The notes beneath the pieces were generated by a model, which had not been told where the DNA came from, ran no database searches, and saw nothing but the letters and a program-made list of their open reading frames with translations. From the NCBI GenBank assembly GCA_014905635.1, contig JABVCE010000037.1:62001-126000 (forward strand): a DNA stretch of 64,000 nucleotides, given 5' to 3'. Positions within the stretch are counted from its first letter, which is position 1, and each line of letters begins with the position of its first letter. Below, piece after piece: positions 29,226 to 39,000 of the stretch. The translations under genes and the position numbers were made by a program. Source of the stretch: Scenedesmus sp. PABB004 (lineage: Eukaryota).

Positions 29226-31514
29226 ATGCAGAAGGGCCTGCTGCTGGCGCTGCTGGCGATCGGCGTGCTCTGTGAGTCCGTCGGAATGATGTGGCGCGGC
29301 ATGCTGTCGCGCACCGGCCAGCTCCCGGGCGCGTCAGGCGGCGTGGCGCGCCGCGGGGCTGGCGTGATGGCCCGGGAAAAGCAGCAGCGCCCCGGCGCGC
29401 ACGCGCGCAGCCGCGCCCCTGCGCCCCGCCCGAAGCGCCCCTGCGCCCCGCCCGAAGCAGTCATTGCAGCCTGTGCCAGCCGCGGGGCCGCAGATCGCAG
29501 CGCCAGCGGCCCGCTGGCGCGAACTCACCGGCCGGCAGCAGCAACGACCAGGCCGAGATGGGGCCCACGGCACCCCCGTTGCCGCGCGGCAGGCCGCCGA
29601 CGCGCCGCCGCCGCCGACGCCACGCCACCGCCGTCACGCAGGCACCGCCGCCGAGGCGCGCTGGAGCTGGGGCGCCGTCGATGAGGCCGCGGCGGGCGCG
29701 CTGCGCCGCCTGACGCAGGCCGCGGCCGCGCCGCTGGCGGCCGCGCCGACGGCGCTGCCCGCCGCCACGGCGGCGCCCACGGCCACCGCCGTCGCGCCGG
29801 CGGAGCCCGCCGCCGCTGCGGTCGCCCCCGCCGAGCCGGCCGCCGCGGCCGTCGCCCCGGCCGAGCCTGCCGCCGCGGCCGTCGCCCCGGCCGAGCCCGC
29901 CGCCGCGGCGCAGCCCGCCGCAGCCGCGGCGCAGCCCGCCGCCGCCGCCGCCGCGGGCGAGGACCCCGCCGCTCCCAAGGTGTTCCGCCCGGGTGCGCGC
30001 CGGCCGCGCGCCCGCGGCGCGGCGCGGCGTGGCGCGGCACGCGAGCGACGGCACCGGCGGCCTCCCGCCGCGCCGGGGCCCCGCCCCCTAAACCCCCGCC
30101 CCGCCCCGCTGAACTAGGCGTGTATGTGATTGAGGACCCCCCGCCCGCGCCCAAGGTCGCGCCGGTCGCGGCGGCCGCCGCGGCGACGCCCAACGTGACC
30201 GGCCCCACCGCGCCCGCGCCCGGGAAGAACCTGATGGTGCGACGCGCCGCGCACGGCACATGGGGGAGGGGGGAGATGAAGGGGCAGGGGCGTGGGACGG
30301 GGACGCAGGGGCGCGGCGCGGCGCTGCGCTGGGGGACGCGGCCCCGGGGCGGGCCGCCGCAGCGCGCGCGCGTGCCGCCGCGCCCGCGCCTCCCCCACAC
30401 ACCCACACACCCCGCCGCGCCGCCGCGCCGCGCCGCCCACCGTAACGCTCACACCCCGAAACCCCCGCCACCCGCCAGGTCGTCATGACGGTGTACGGCG
30501 AGAACGCCAAGGACATCTACCGCAACCAGGGCGCCCTGCGCAGCCAGCTCGCGACCGCCGCGGGCGTCGCGCCGGGGCAGGTCTACTTTTACAACCAGAC
30601 CGCAAACATGGACCCCCGCACCGGCGCGACCGCGATGTCGGTGCGCGCCGCGCGCCCGCGCCCGCGGCGCGGTGGGGAGCCCGCGCTGCGGCCTCGCGCA
30701 TCTCCGTCCACTCGCCGCATCTCCGTCCACTCGCCGCATCTCCGTCCACTCGCCGCGCCGCGCCGCCTTGACTCGGCGCCGCCGCCGCCTCCCTCGCTGC
30801 CCCCCCCCCTTGGCGGGTTGCGATGGGTGTCAGCTGGTGATGAACGTGGACTGCACCGACACGACCGAGTGCGCGCGCGCTGGCGCGACGCTGTACAACA
30901 CCAGCGCGCAGACGCGGCTCACCGACAACCTCGCGCGCAGCAGCATCTCCCTGATTCCCGGCACCTTCCAGGTGGGGCTGGGGGCGCCGGGGGCGGCGCG
31001 CGCGGGGGCGCGTGGGCGCGTGGGCGCGTCGCCTGTCCTGCTAGGCTGCCGCCGCCGGGCCGCGCGACCCCCCCCCCCCCACACACACACACACACACAT
31101 TAACAGGTGTACGGCGTGAACAGCGTGGGCCGCTACAAGGGCAATGACACGCTCTACGAGAACAGGGCCCTCACCGCGCCCGCGTCCGCCACGCCGGCCG
31201 CGCTTGACTACAACGAGACGATGTCGCGCTTCGCGACGCCCAAGCCCCGCCCCGACGGCACCGCGCCGGGGAGCGGGTTTGGCAACTTCACCATCCCAGG
31301 GTTCAAGGTGGACATGGAGAACCTGACCCTCCCCACGCCGCCGTCGCTGCCCGGCGTGCTCGGCAACGGGTCGATGTTTGCCGCGCCCGGCGTGCTGCCG
31401 GGGAGCGTCGCGGAGCCGGTCGAGCCGCCCAAGGCCAAGAGCGGCGCGGGGCGCGCCGCGGCGGCCGCCGCCGCGCCGCTGCTCGCGGCGCTCGCCGCGG
31501 CGCTGCTGCTGTGA
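29226..31514 (+). CDS. Secreted Ala/Pro-rich cell-surface glycoprotein with probable GPI-anchor signal (6 exons)
   Basis: Signal peptide MQKGLLLALLAIGVLC; APAEPAAAAV repeats; many NxS/T sequons; C-terminus [25 protein letters not shown]. Confidence 0.8.
29788..29960 (+). repeat. Coding 30-bp minisatellite (AVAPAEPAAA x4 plus degenerate copies)
   Basis: GTCGCCCCGGCCGAGCC(C/T)GCCGCCGCGGCC-type units visible directly. Confidence 0.9.
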
Positions 31515-32092
31515 GCGGGCGGCTGCTGCGAGCGGGGCGGCTGCTGGAGGCGCCTGTGACGAGGCGCGCACGACAGACACGCGCGCGCGGCGCGGCGGCG
31601 CGCCCTGCCTGCCGGAACGCAGGCGGCGCGCGGGCGCGCGTGCCGCTGGGCGCGCTACGCGGGCGCGCTGCGTGCAGGGGCGGGGCAACGCACGAGCGCG
31701 GGCGGGAGCGGGAGCGGTGGCACGTGATCCGGCACCACGGGCGGCAGGCAGGGAAGCGTGTGACACGATCATGATGGCATGGCACGAAGCAGTTCCATTC
31801 CAAGTGCTTCAGCAAGCTCGCGCGTTAGAAATGCAGCAGAGCCCCCGCTGCGCGATCCGTTCTGAAACCCGCCCCGCCAAGAAAAAAAACGAAACCCCGC
31901 GTGACGCGGCACGGGGGCCGGTCTACACACCCGGGGCGCCGCGCCGTCGCCTCTCCAGAGATCCCCGCCGCGCCTCCAGGCGCGAGCAACGCGCCCACTA
32001 CGCGCTCCGTTGCCCCGTGCCTCGCCCCGCGCCCGCGGCGGCGGGGCGGGGCTGGCTGGCTGGCTGCCGGGTCACACGCTGCTGGTGATGAG

Positions 32093-32164
32093 AAGAGAAG
32101 AAGGGCGTTACCAGGGGTGAACAAGCGCCCACGGCGCAGACACGGACCCCATCACGTGTGTACA
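32093..32164 (-). mobile_element. 72-bp insertion flanked by a perfect 22-bp direct repeat; likely 5'-truncated non-LTR retroelement or SINE
   Basis: GTCACACGCTGCTGGTGATGAG at 32071-32092 and 32165-32186. On the minus strand the insert ends in a CTTCTTCTCTT simple-repeat tail next to the duplication. Confidence 0.65.
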
Positions 32165-32165
32165 G

Positions 32166-35100
32166 TCACACGCTGCTGGTGATGAGGACCGCACAGATGA
32201 CGGCCATGCTGACGATGTAGGCGCCTATGAAAAGGTACCTGCGAGTGGGTGAGTGGGTGACACACAGGGGCGGTGGCGGTGAGTCGGTGCGGCGGGTGGG
32301 GACGAGGCCAGGGGCGCAGCGGGCAGGCGCAGCGCGCGCCGGACGGCCCTCCCCCTCTCTTCTTAAAGCAAAAACACACGCGGGCGCGGGCGCCCACGGC
32401 CCCGGCTCACCTGCTGACGTGGTCGATCATCGATGACAGCAGCTGCCAGCGCCGGTTGAACTCGCCCGCCAGCCGGGCGTGCAGCTCGTGCGGCGCGGCG
32501 CCCGCGCCGTCGGCCACGCCGCCCACATCTGCGCCGCGCGGCAGTCAGTGGTGGCAACACAGCAGGCGCGCCCGCGGCGCCCCCCGCGCCGCGCCGTGCG
32601 CCGCGCCGCGCGTCGTGCCGCACCGCTGCCGCCGTCGGTGCTGCCGCTCCCGCCGGCGCCGGTGAGCGTCGCTTGCAGGCGCGCCGCGACGGCGTCCTCG
32701 CCGAACAGCGCGTTGGCCTTGGCCAGGCGGCGCTGCATCGGCGCGAGCGCGCGCTGCCGGGAGGCGAGGATGGCGGCCAGGTGGACGCGCAGCTCGTCGC
32801 GCGTCGTGCAACTCAGCAGTGCCGCGTCGCGCCGCGCCGCGGCGTCCTCCTCCCCCGGCCGCTCCAGGCCCATCTGCACCCCCACCTCGCCCAGCTCCGC
32901 CAGCACACGCCCGCGCGCGCGCCCGAGCATGCCGCCGCCGCCGGCGCCTCGGGCTGATGATGTCAGCGCGGCGGTCAGCGTCAGCAGCATCTCTGCTGGT
33001 GCGGCGGCCCCTCGGGCTGCCGTTACCGGCGCGGCGAGTCGGTGTGCAGCACTGGAGCAGGCTCGGCGTTATCTGCTTGGTGACCTGCTGCAGGATCAGC
33101 TTGCTGTTCACTCTGTGGCAGATTATGTGATGGACATCTGGAAGATGCGGGACACCGTCCTTAAGGGGCGCGGGACCAATGGGCGCGAGCCTATGGTGTA
33201 ACTATCTTTATCTTATTTTATCTTTTTATCGGCGCTCCCGCCGCCGTCGCTGCCGTTGCCCTCCGCCGGGCGCACGTCCGGAGCTGCGTCGGCCGCGTCG
33301 GCGCCGTCCCGCACCGCGGCCTCGCACGCAAGGCCCGACTTGGCGTGCGCGGTCGGCTGCTTGGACCCGAACTGCGAGCGGCTCGCGAGCCTGCGGCCCT
33401 GCAGCGCACCGAGCTGGCGCCGCACGAGCTCGACCCGGAGCTGGTGCACGCAGCCGAGCAGCTTCACCCACACGAGCTGCTCCCGATAGGCGAGCCCAGT
33501 CGCCGCCAGCACGCGCATGCCCCTGGCGGCCGCGGTGCGGCGGGCGCGCGCGGCGCGGGCGAGTCAGGCTCGCAGCCGGGCGGCGGCGTGTGCCGCGCCC
33601 GGGTCCCTCGCCCGTGCGTGCACACCGCACGCCGCTCGCCTGAAGTAGCCGTGCTCGCTGTGGTGCCAGAGCTGCAGGACCAGCGCGTTCTCCACCAGCA
33701 CCGCCTGCGCCCGCCGGCCGCGGGCGCGCGCGCGGGGCGCCGCGCGGCGCGCGTGGGCGGCGGCATGCGCGCCTCCGGCCACGCTTGCGGCACTGCCCCT
33801 CCCCCCCCTCCCCGCCGCCGCACGCGCCATCGAAAAGAGGAAGGCCATCAGTCCCATCGCGCTGACCAGCGTGACGCGGTTTGAGACGGGGAGCTGGGAG
33901 AAGGTCAGCAGGTCGTACACAGCGACCGCGAGCGGCACCGTGACGGCCAGCCCGAGGCGCTCGCCGCACGCGGGGCTCAGCTGCGCGCGCGCACGGGGCG
34001 CGGCGCGGCGGCCGTCGGCGCGCGCGGCGCGTGCGGCGTGGCGCGCGACAGTGTACGTGTGCGGCGACTGCCGCCGGGGGGGGGGGGGCTGTGCCGCGGT
34101 GGGGGGGCGGCCGCACCCAGAAGGTGGAGAAGGCGATGGCGGTGAGGATGATCTGCGGCACGATGACCTGCGGCGAGCGGCGCGCGGAGCGCGGGCGAGC
34201 GGCGCGGTGGGCGGCGCACGGCGGCAGCCCCGCCATCACCCCCAGCTCGCTCCCTCCCTCTCCCTCCTCTCCCTAAACCCTCCCGCCTGCCCCCAGGGTT
34301 AAGGCGCCCGTGCCTTCATGAGGTAGATGAGGTTCTGGCGTTCCAGCGCGACGTCGATGAGCACGACCGGCCACCCGCTCTCTGCGCGTGCGGTCGGGGT
34401 TCAGGGCCGCGGTTTGGGTTGCTTGACCGCGGTTGACCGCGGTTGACCGCGCCGGCGGCGCGCGCCGGAGCACGCCCCGCCCCCGCCACGCTGACCGTGT
34501 GGGCAGCAGGGGAGGGGCGGGTAGGTGAAGCGCCTTGCCTCGACGCCGGCGATGGTGTACTCGGTCCACACCGTCGACTCGACGCTCGTGATGCTGCCGC
34601 CCACGGTGTAGCCCTGCGCGCCGCGCTCGGCTGATGAGCGTGCCATGCTCACGCCGCATAGCGCGCGCGCGGAGGCAGTGGTGGCAGCGGCAGCGGAGGC
34701 GACGGCGGCGGCGGCGGCCGCGAGCTCGCGCCGACGGCGGGCCGCACCTTGCCCTGCAGGTGCAGGTCGACAGAGCGGGGCCCATAAACCCAACTCCCGA
34801 GCTCAAGGCTGCACCGCACGAGGCCGAAAGGGTACGCGCTCAGACCCTGACCGCAGGGCGAGGCGCGTCGGCGGGCGGCGTCAGGCGGCGCGCGGCGCGG
34901 CCGTCGCCGCACGCACGGCGCGCCGCGGCGGCGGGCGCGGCGCCGGGGGGCTGGACCCGCGCACCCTGAAGTTGCAGGCGACGAGGAAGGTGCCCGGGCG
35001 CGACCAGAAGACGCGGCCGCCCGGGTCGACGGCGAGCGGCTCCTGCCCGAGCGTGGAGGCGATCGGCTGCGCGCCGTTCCACAGCACGACGTCGGGCTGC

Positions 35101-35787
35101 CAGATCTCGGTGTCGCCCTGCTGCGCGTTTGCAAACCAGAGCCTCGACACGTTGAACGCCGCCGCGTCCCAGGTCAGCCGCGGGTCGGTCCACTCGAGCC
35201 GGTGCCACACCGCGATGTTCAGGGTGCCGCCATAGCTGCGCGCCCGGGGCGGCGGCGGGCGCGCGCTTGGGGCGGTGGGCGGGCGCGGCGGGCAGCGGCC
35301 CGGGCGCGCGCGCGCCGCTGCCGGCGCGCGTGCCCCCCCCCCCCTCTCACAGGTCGACGTCGAGGATCTTGTGCAGGGCGAGGTTGACGCTCACGTTTGC
35401 GGGGCCCGCCTCGGCCCAGGGGAACACGTTGGCGTCGTATCCTTCCAGCAGCGACGCGCGCAGCACCGTCTCCGCCACCACCTCGGTCGTGCTGCCGACC
35501 GGCAGCGCTGCCAAGCGTGCCTCCTCCGCGGTCGCGTTACGCGCGGCCGCCGCCGCGCCCGCCGCGAGCAGGGCGCGGCGGCGCTGCTCCGGGGGCGCCG
35601 TCGCCGCTGCCGCCGCCGCCGCGGCCGCCGCGCGCGCCTGCGCCGCCGCGAGCGCCGGCGGCACCTCGTGCTGCTGCCGCTGCTGCTGCTGCCGCCGCTG
35701 CCGCGGCGCCTGGGTGCTCGCTGCCGGCGCGGGCGAGAGCAGCTCTAGCAGCAGCAGGCAGAGCGCCATGCGCGGGAGCGAACGCAT
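32166..35787 (-). CDS. Pentameric Cys-loop ligand-gated ion channel (nAChR-like, about 11 exons); M3-M4 loop exon interrupted by an insertion, so possibly a disrupted allele
   Basis: Signal peptide; LLEGYD; WTDPRLTW; IWQPDVVLWN; CNFRGLSAYPFGLVRC; GSWVY; YPPLPCCP; M1 VIVPQIILTAIAFSTFW; M2 GERLGLAVTVPLAVAVY; M3; IDHVSR plus M4; stop at 32168-32166. Confidence 0.9.
33042..33230 (+). mobile_element. About 189-bp 3' fragment of a putative non-LTR retrotransposon, inserted antisense in a channel exon
   Basis: Abrupt GC drop. Encodes ...RYLLGDLLQDQLAVHSVADYVMDIWKMRDTVLKGRGTNGREPMV*, followed by a (TATCTT)n-like tail at 33203-33230. The host frame is the same on both sides. Confidence 0.7.
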
Positions 35788-36149
35788 GGCGGTCTGGCTG
35801 AGGTGCGCAGCGTCACCGGCGGCGGTCGCCGGACCCGCGCGGCGCGGCGCTGCCCCGGCCCGGCTCAGCAGAATGCGCCGGACCGCTTGCGCGCAGAGAG
35901 CGGGGGGTTCTGGGTGGTATGTAACATGAAAAAGCGCCGCCGCTGCTTCGCCGCTCCGGCGCGCCGCCCGTCGCCTCCGCGCCCTCCCGGCGCCGGCACA
36001 CCACGTGCGCTGGCGTGTGTAAGTATTTTTTACGGAGCGCCGCGCGCAGAGCTGCCCAGCTGCCCAGCGTTTTCCGGAGTGCTCCCGCGCTCGCGAGCCG
36101 CAGCCGGACGCGCGCCTGGCCCAGTGTCGTCGCTCCCTACGCACCCAGC

Positions 36150-37733
36150 ATGTTCCTGCTGGCCGTGCTGCTGCTGGCAGCGGCCGGCGCGCGCGCCGCC
36201 GACGACGCGCCGCTCGCGCAGCCGGCGCACCGCCACAAGCCGGCGCGCGCCGCCGCCAACGGGCTGGTCGCGTACGTCTCCAACGTCACCGGCGAGCTCC
36301 AGGCGCGCCCGGCTCCGCGCGCGGCGGCAGGGAGCGCAGCCCGGCGAGAGCTCAGCCCGCAGCGCGCGCCGCAGCCAGCCTCCGCTCCGCTCGCTGCGCC
36401 GAGCTTGGCACGCCCGCGCCGCGCGCGCCGCAGATCTGGGGCTCCGCGCCCGACGGCTCGGGCGCGGTCCAGCTCACCTCGGCGGCGATGGGCGTCGCCG
36501 CCGCGGCGCACCCGAGCTTCTCCCCAAACGGGAGCGTCATGGCCTTCTCAGCGGCGCCGCCCGGCGGCTCCCAGTTCAACATCTGGCTGCTGCACCTGCC
36601 CACGCGCGCGGCGCGGCAGCTCACGCACTGCGGCGGTGGCGGGCCGGGCGCGCAGTGCATCGTGCCCGCGTTCACCGCCGACGGGCGGCGGGTGGTGTTT
36701 GAGTCGAACCGCGACGGCGGCGGCTCGGGCGCGTTCGAGGTCGGCGCGCAGCGCAGCGCGCACGCGGGTGCCGCACCGGCGCCCGCGACGCCCCCCCCCC
36801 CCCCCCCCCTCACCTGCAGGCCCCTCCCACCCGCTCGCCTGCCGCGCCGCGCCGCGCCGCGCCACAGCTCTACTCGGTGGACGCCTCCACCGGCGGCGAC
36901 CTGCTGCGCCTGACCACCACTCCCGCCGGCCGCTCCAGCATGGGCGGCAAGCCCAGCCCCGACGGCCGGTGCGCGCGGAATGGCGCCGGCGGGGCCGCCC
37001 AGGGCCGGCGGCGCGGGCGGGGCGTGGGCGGGCTCAGGCGGCGCGCCCGCCCTGCCGGCGCACGCGGCCACGCGCGCTGCCCGCCCACCCCCTCGCTGCT
37101 GCGCAGCTGGCTCGTGTACGCGTCGGACGCCGACGTTGCCATGCCGGCGGGGCTGTACGACCTGCACGTCGCGCCGGCCGGCCCCCGGGGTGAGCTCGTC
37201 GGGCCGCCGCGCCGGCTCACGCGCGGCGCGGCCAACCAGTTCAGCCGCGGCTGGGCCCCCGACTCAAAAGCCGTCACCTTCAACAGCCAGGCGCGCCCCG
37301 CAGCGCCCGGGCGGCACCAGCACTCCAGCCAGGCAGAGCGCGTGCGCGCGCGGCCGCGCAGCTGACCGTCCGCCACGCCTGCGCCGCGCGCGCGCAGGTC
37401 GGGTGGAACGCGACCTCACCGGGCGCGGGGCGCATCATGGTGGTGCGCCGCGACGGCAGCGGCCTGCGCGCGCTCACGGCGCCCAACGGCGCGTGGCCGC
37501 CGCTGGCGCAGCCGTTCCCGCAGCTCCGCGGCGACGTCACGCCGGCGTGGAGCCCGGACGGCGCGCGCGTCGCGTTTGCGAGCCAGTCGCCGCCGGACGG
37601 GGCGTTCCAGGTGGTCAGCGTGCGCGCGTCGGAAGGCGGCGGCCGCGTGGCGATCACGGCCAACCCCGGCGCGCTGCACGCGAGCGTGGGCTGGCAGCCG
37701 CTGCCGGCGGCGCGGCACCACCACGGGCGCTGA
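36150..37733 (+). CDS. Secreted TolB-like (PD40 repeat) beta-propeller protein (5 exons)
   Basis: Signal peptide MFLLAVLLLAAAGARA; repeats PSFSPNG, PAFTADGRRVVFESNRDG, PSPDG, WAPDSKAVTF, PAWSPDGARVAFAS. Confidence 0.85.
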
Positions 37734-37755
37734 GGTGTCTCGCGGGACGCTGCCT

Positions 37756-37760
37756 TGTAA
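37756..37760 (+). promoter_or_regulatory. TGTAA green-algal polyadenylation signal of the TolB-like gene
   Basis: TGTAA about 22 nt after the stop; UGUAA is the established chlorophyte near-upstream element. Confidence 0.55.
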
Positions 37761-37789
37761 CTGCACGGTGGTGCGGCGCGGTGAGCGAT

Positions 37790-38442
37790 GCGCTGGCGGC
37801 GGCGCGGCAGCGGCTCGAGGACACTGCGCGAGCTCAACACCTTCCCCAGCCTCCGCGTCGTCGAGGCGTCGCGCAACCCGCGCCTCGGCGGGCGCCTCCC
37901 GCCGGCGCTCGCGCACCTGCGCGGCCTGACGGTGCGCGCCGCGGCGCGGGCGCCGGCCCCCGTGGCGCCCGCACTCTAGGCGTGCGCCAGCTGGCACCCG
38001 TGGGCAGTCGCGGCGCCGCCTCGAGCCGCCGCCGCCGCCGCCGCTGCCACCGGTGCCGCCGCCGCGTCGCAGGAGTTGGATGCCGCGGGGTGCGGCTTGT
38101 CCGGGCCGCTCCCGTTTGCGTGGGCGTCGCTCACCAATCTCACGAGCCTGGACGTCTCAGCCAACGCCCTGACCGGCGCGCTGGTCTCTGAGTACGGCGG
38201 GCTGGTGGGACTGGCAGCTCACGCTGGCCGCCAACCTCTTCACCGGCGCCGTGCCACGCGCGTGGTCGTCGCTGCGGGGCCTGCCCCCGGGCGCGATCGA
38301 CCTGCGCGACAATCCGTGCATGCCGCCGGCCGAGCTGGCCGCGAGCGTGGCCACAGCGGGGCTGGGCGGCGTGGTGCGCCTCGGCGCCCTCGACGGCGGC
38401 GGCAGCTCGCGGCCGTGCCCAGGCGGCGCACGGCGGCGCTGA
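37790..38442 (+). pseudogene. Frameshifted 3' remnant of an LRR gene paralogous to the end of the 39001-44877 gene
   Basis: Same intron position (LAHLRGLT|ELDAAGCGL vs LAYLRGLQ|ELSLAGCGL). Frameshift near 38212 (GLVGL/QLTLAAN). 38250-38440 nearly identical to 44658-44850. No 5' exons; TGTAA at 38462. Confidence 0.8.
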
Positions 38443-39000
38443 TGTTGTCGCACCGTCGTACTGTAAGCGCGTCGCTGGGTGCGCAGCCGGCCTGGGGCGC
38501 AGCCGGGATCGCAGCGGGCGGTCGCCGGCCGACGCTTCCGCGTCGCTTCGCGCCCCTGCCCCGCCAGCCGCTGAGCCTGCGCGTGCGGGCAGTTGTCGTG
38601 CCAGTGCACGCGTGGGACCGGGCGCAAGCAGCGCGGCGCGGCCCAGCGCGGCGGGAGCGGGCAACGAAGAGGGCAGCTTTTTTCACGTGATCCCTGGCGG
38701 CCCGGTTGTCGGCTGCGATCTTACTGGGCTGTCTCAGCACCCGACAGACGTCATATCCACGCCGCCGCCGGGCGCGCGCGACCGCGGGCGGCGCGCAGGA
38801 AGCAGCGCCGGCCGCACCTTGAGGTTGGCGTCCCGGCCCCCTGCGAGCGTCGCAGCAGCCGGCCACTCGGTCGAGCAACGGGAGCGCGGCGGCGGCCAAG
38901 CGCTGGCGGCGGCGTCCCAGCGCAGCAGCGGCGGCCGGGTGACTGCGCCTCGCCTCCTGTGGCGCTGAAGCTCTTGCTGCGGCCTGCCGCGGCCGGAGGT

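Noticed and set aside
30696..30755. 19-bp triple repeat, plus similar intronic repeats at about 16770-16870, 18087-18155 and CA/GT/poly-C tracts
   Set aside because: Ordinary intronic slippage repeats with no further structure.
32479..33201. 240-aa plus-strand ORF as an independent gene
   Set aside because: Mostly antisense to channel exons; only the last about 50 codons belong to the inserted element.
33213..33215. Stop-codon reassignment or readthrough in the channel gene
   Set aside because: The TAA lies in the insertion's AT-rich tail and a second in-frame TAA occurs at 33071-33069; other genes show no in-frame stops.
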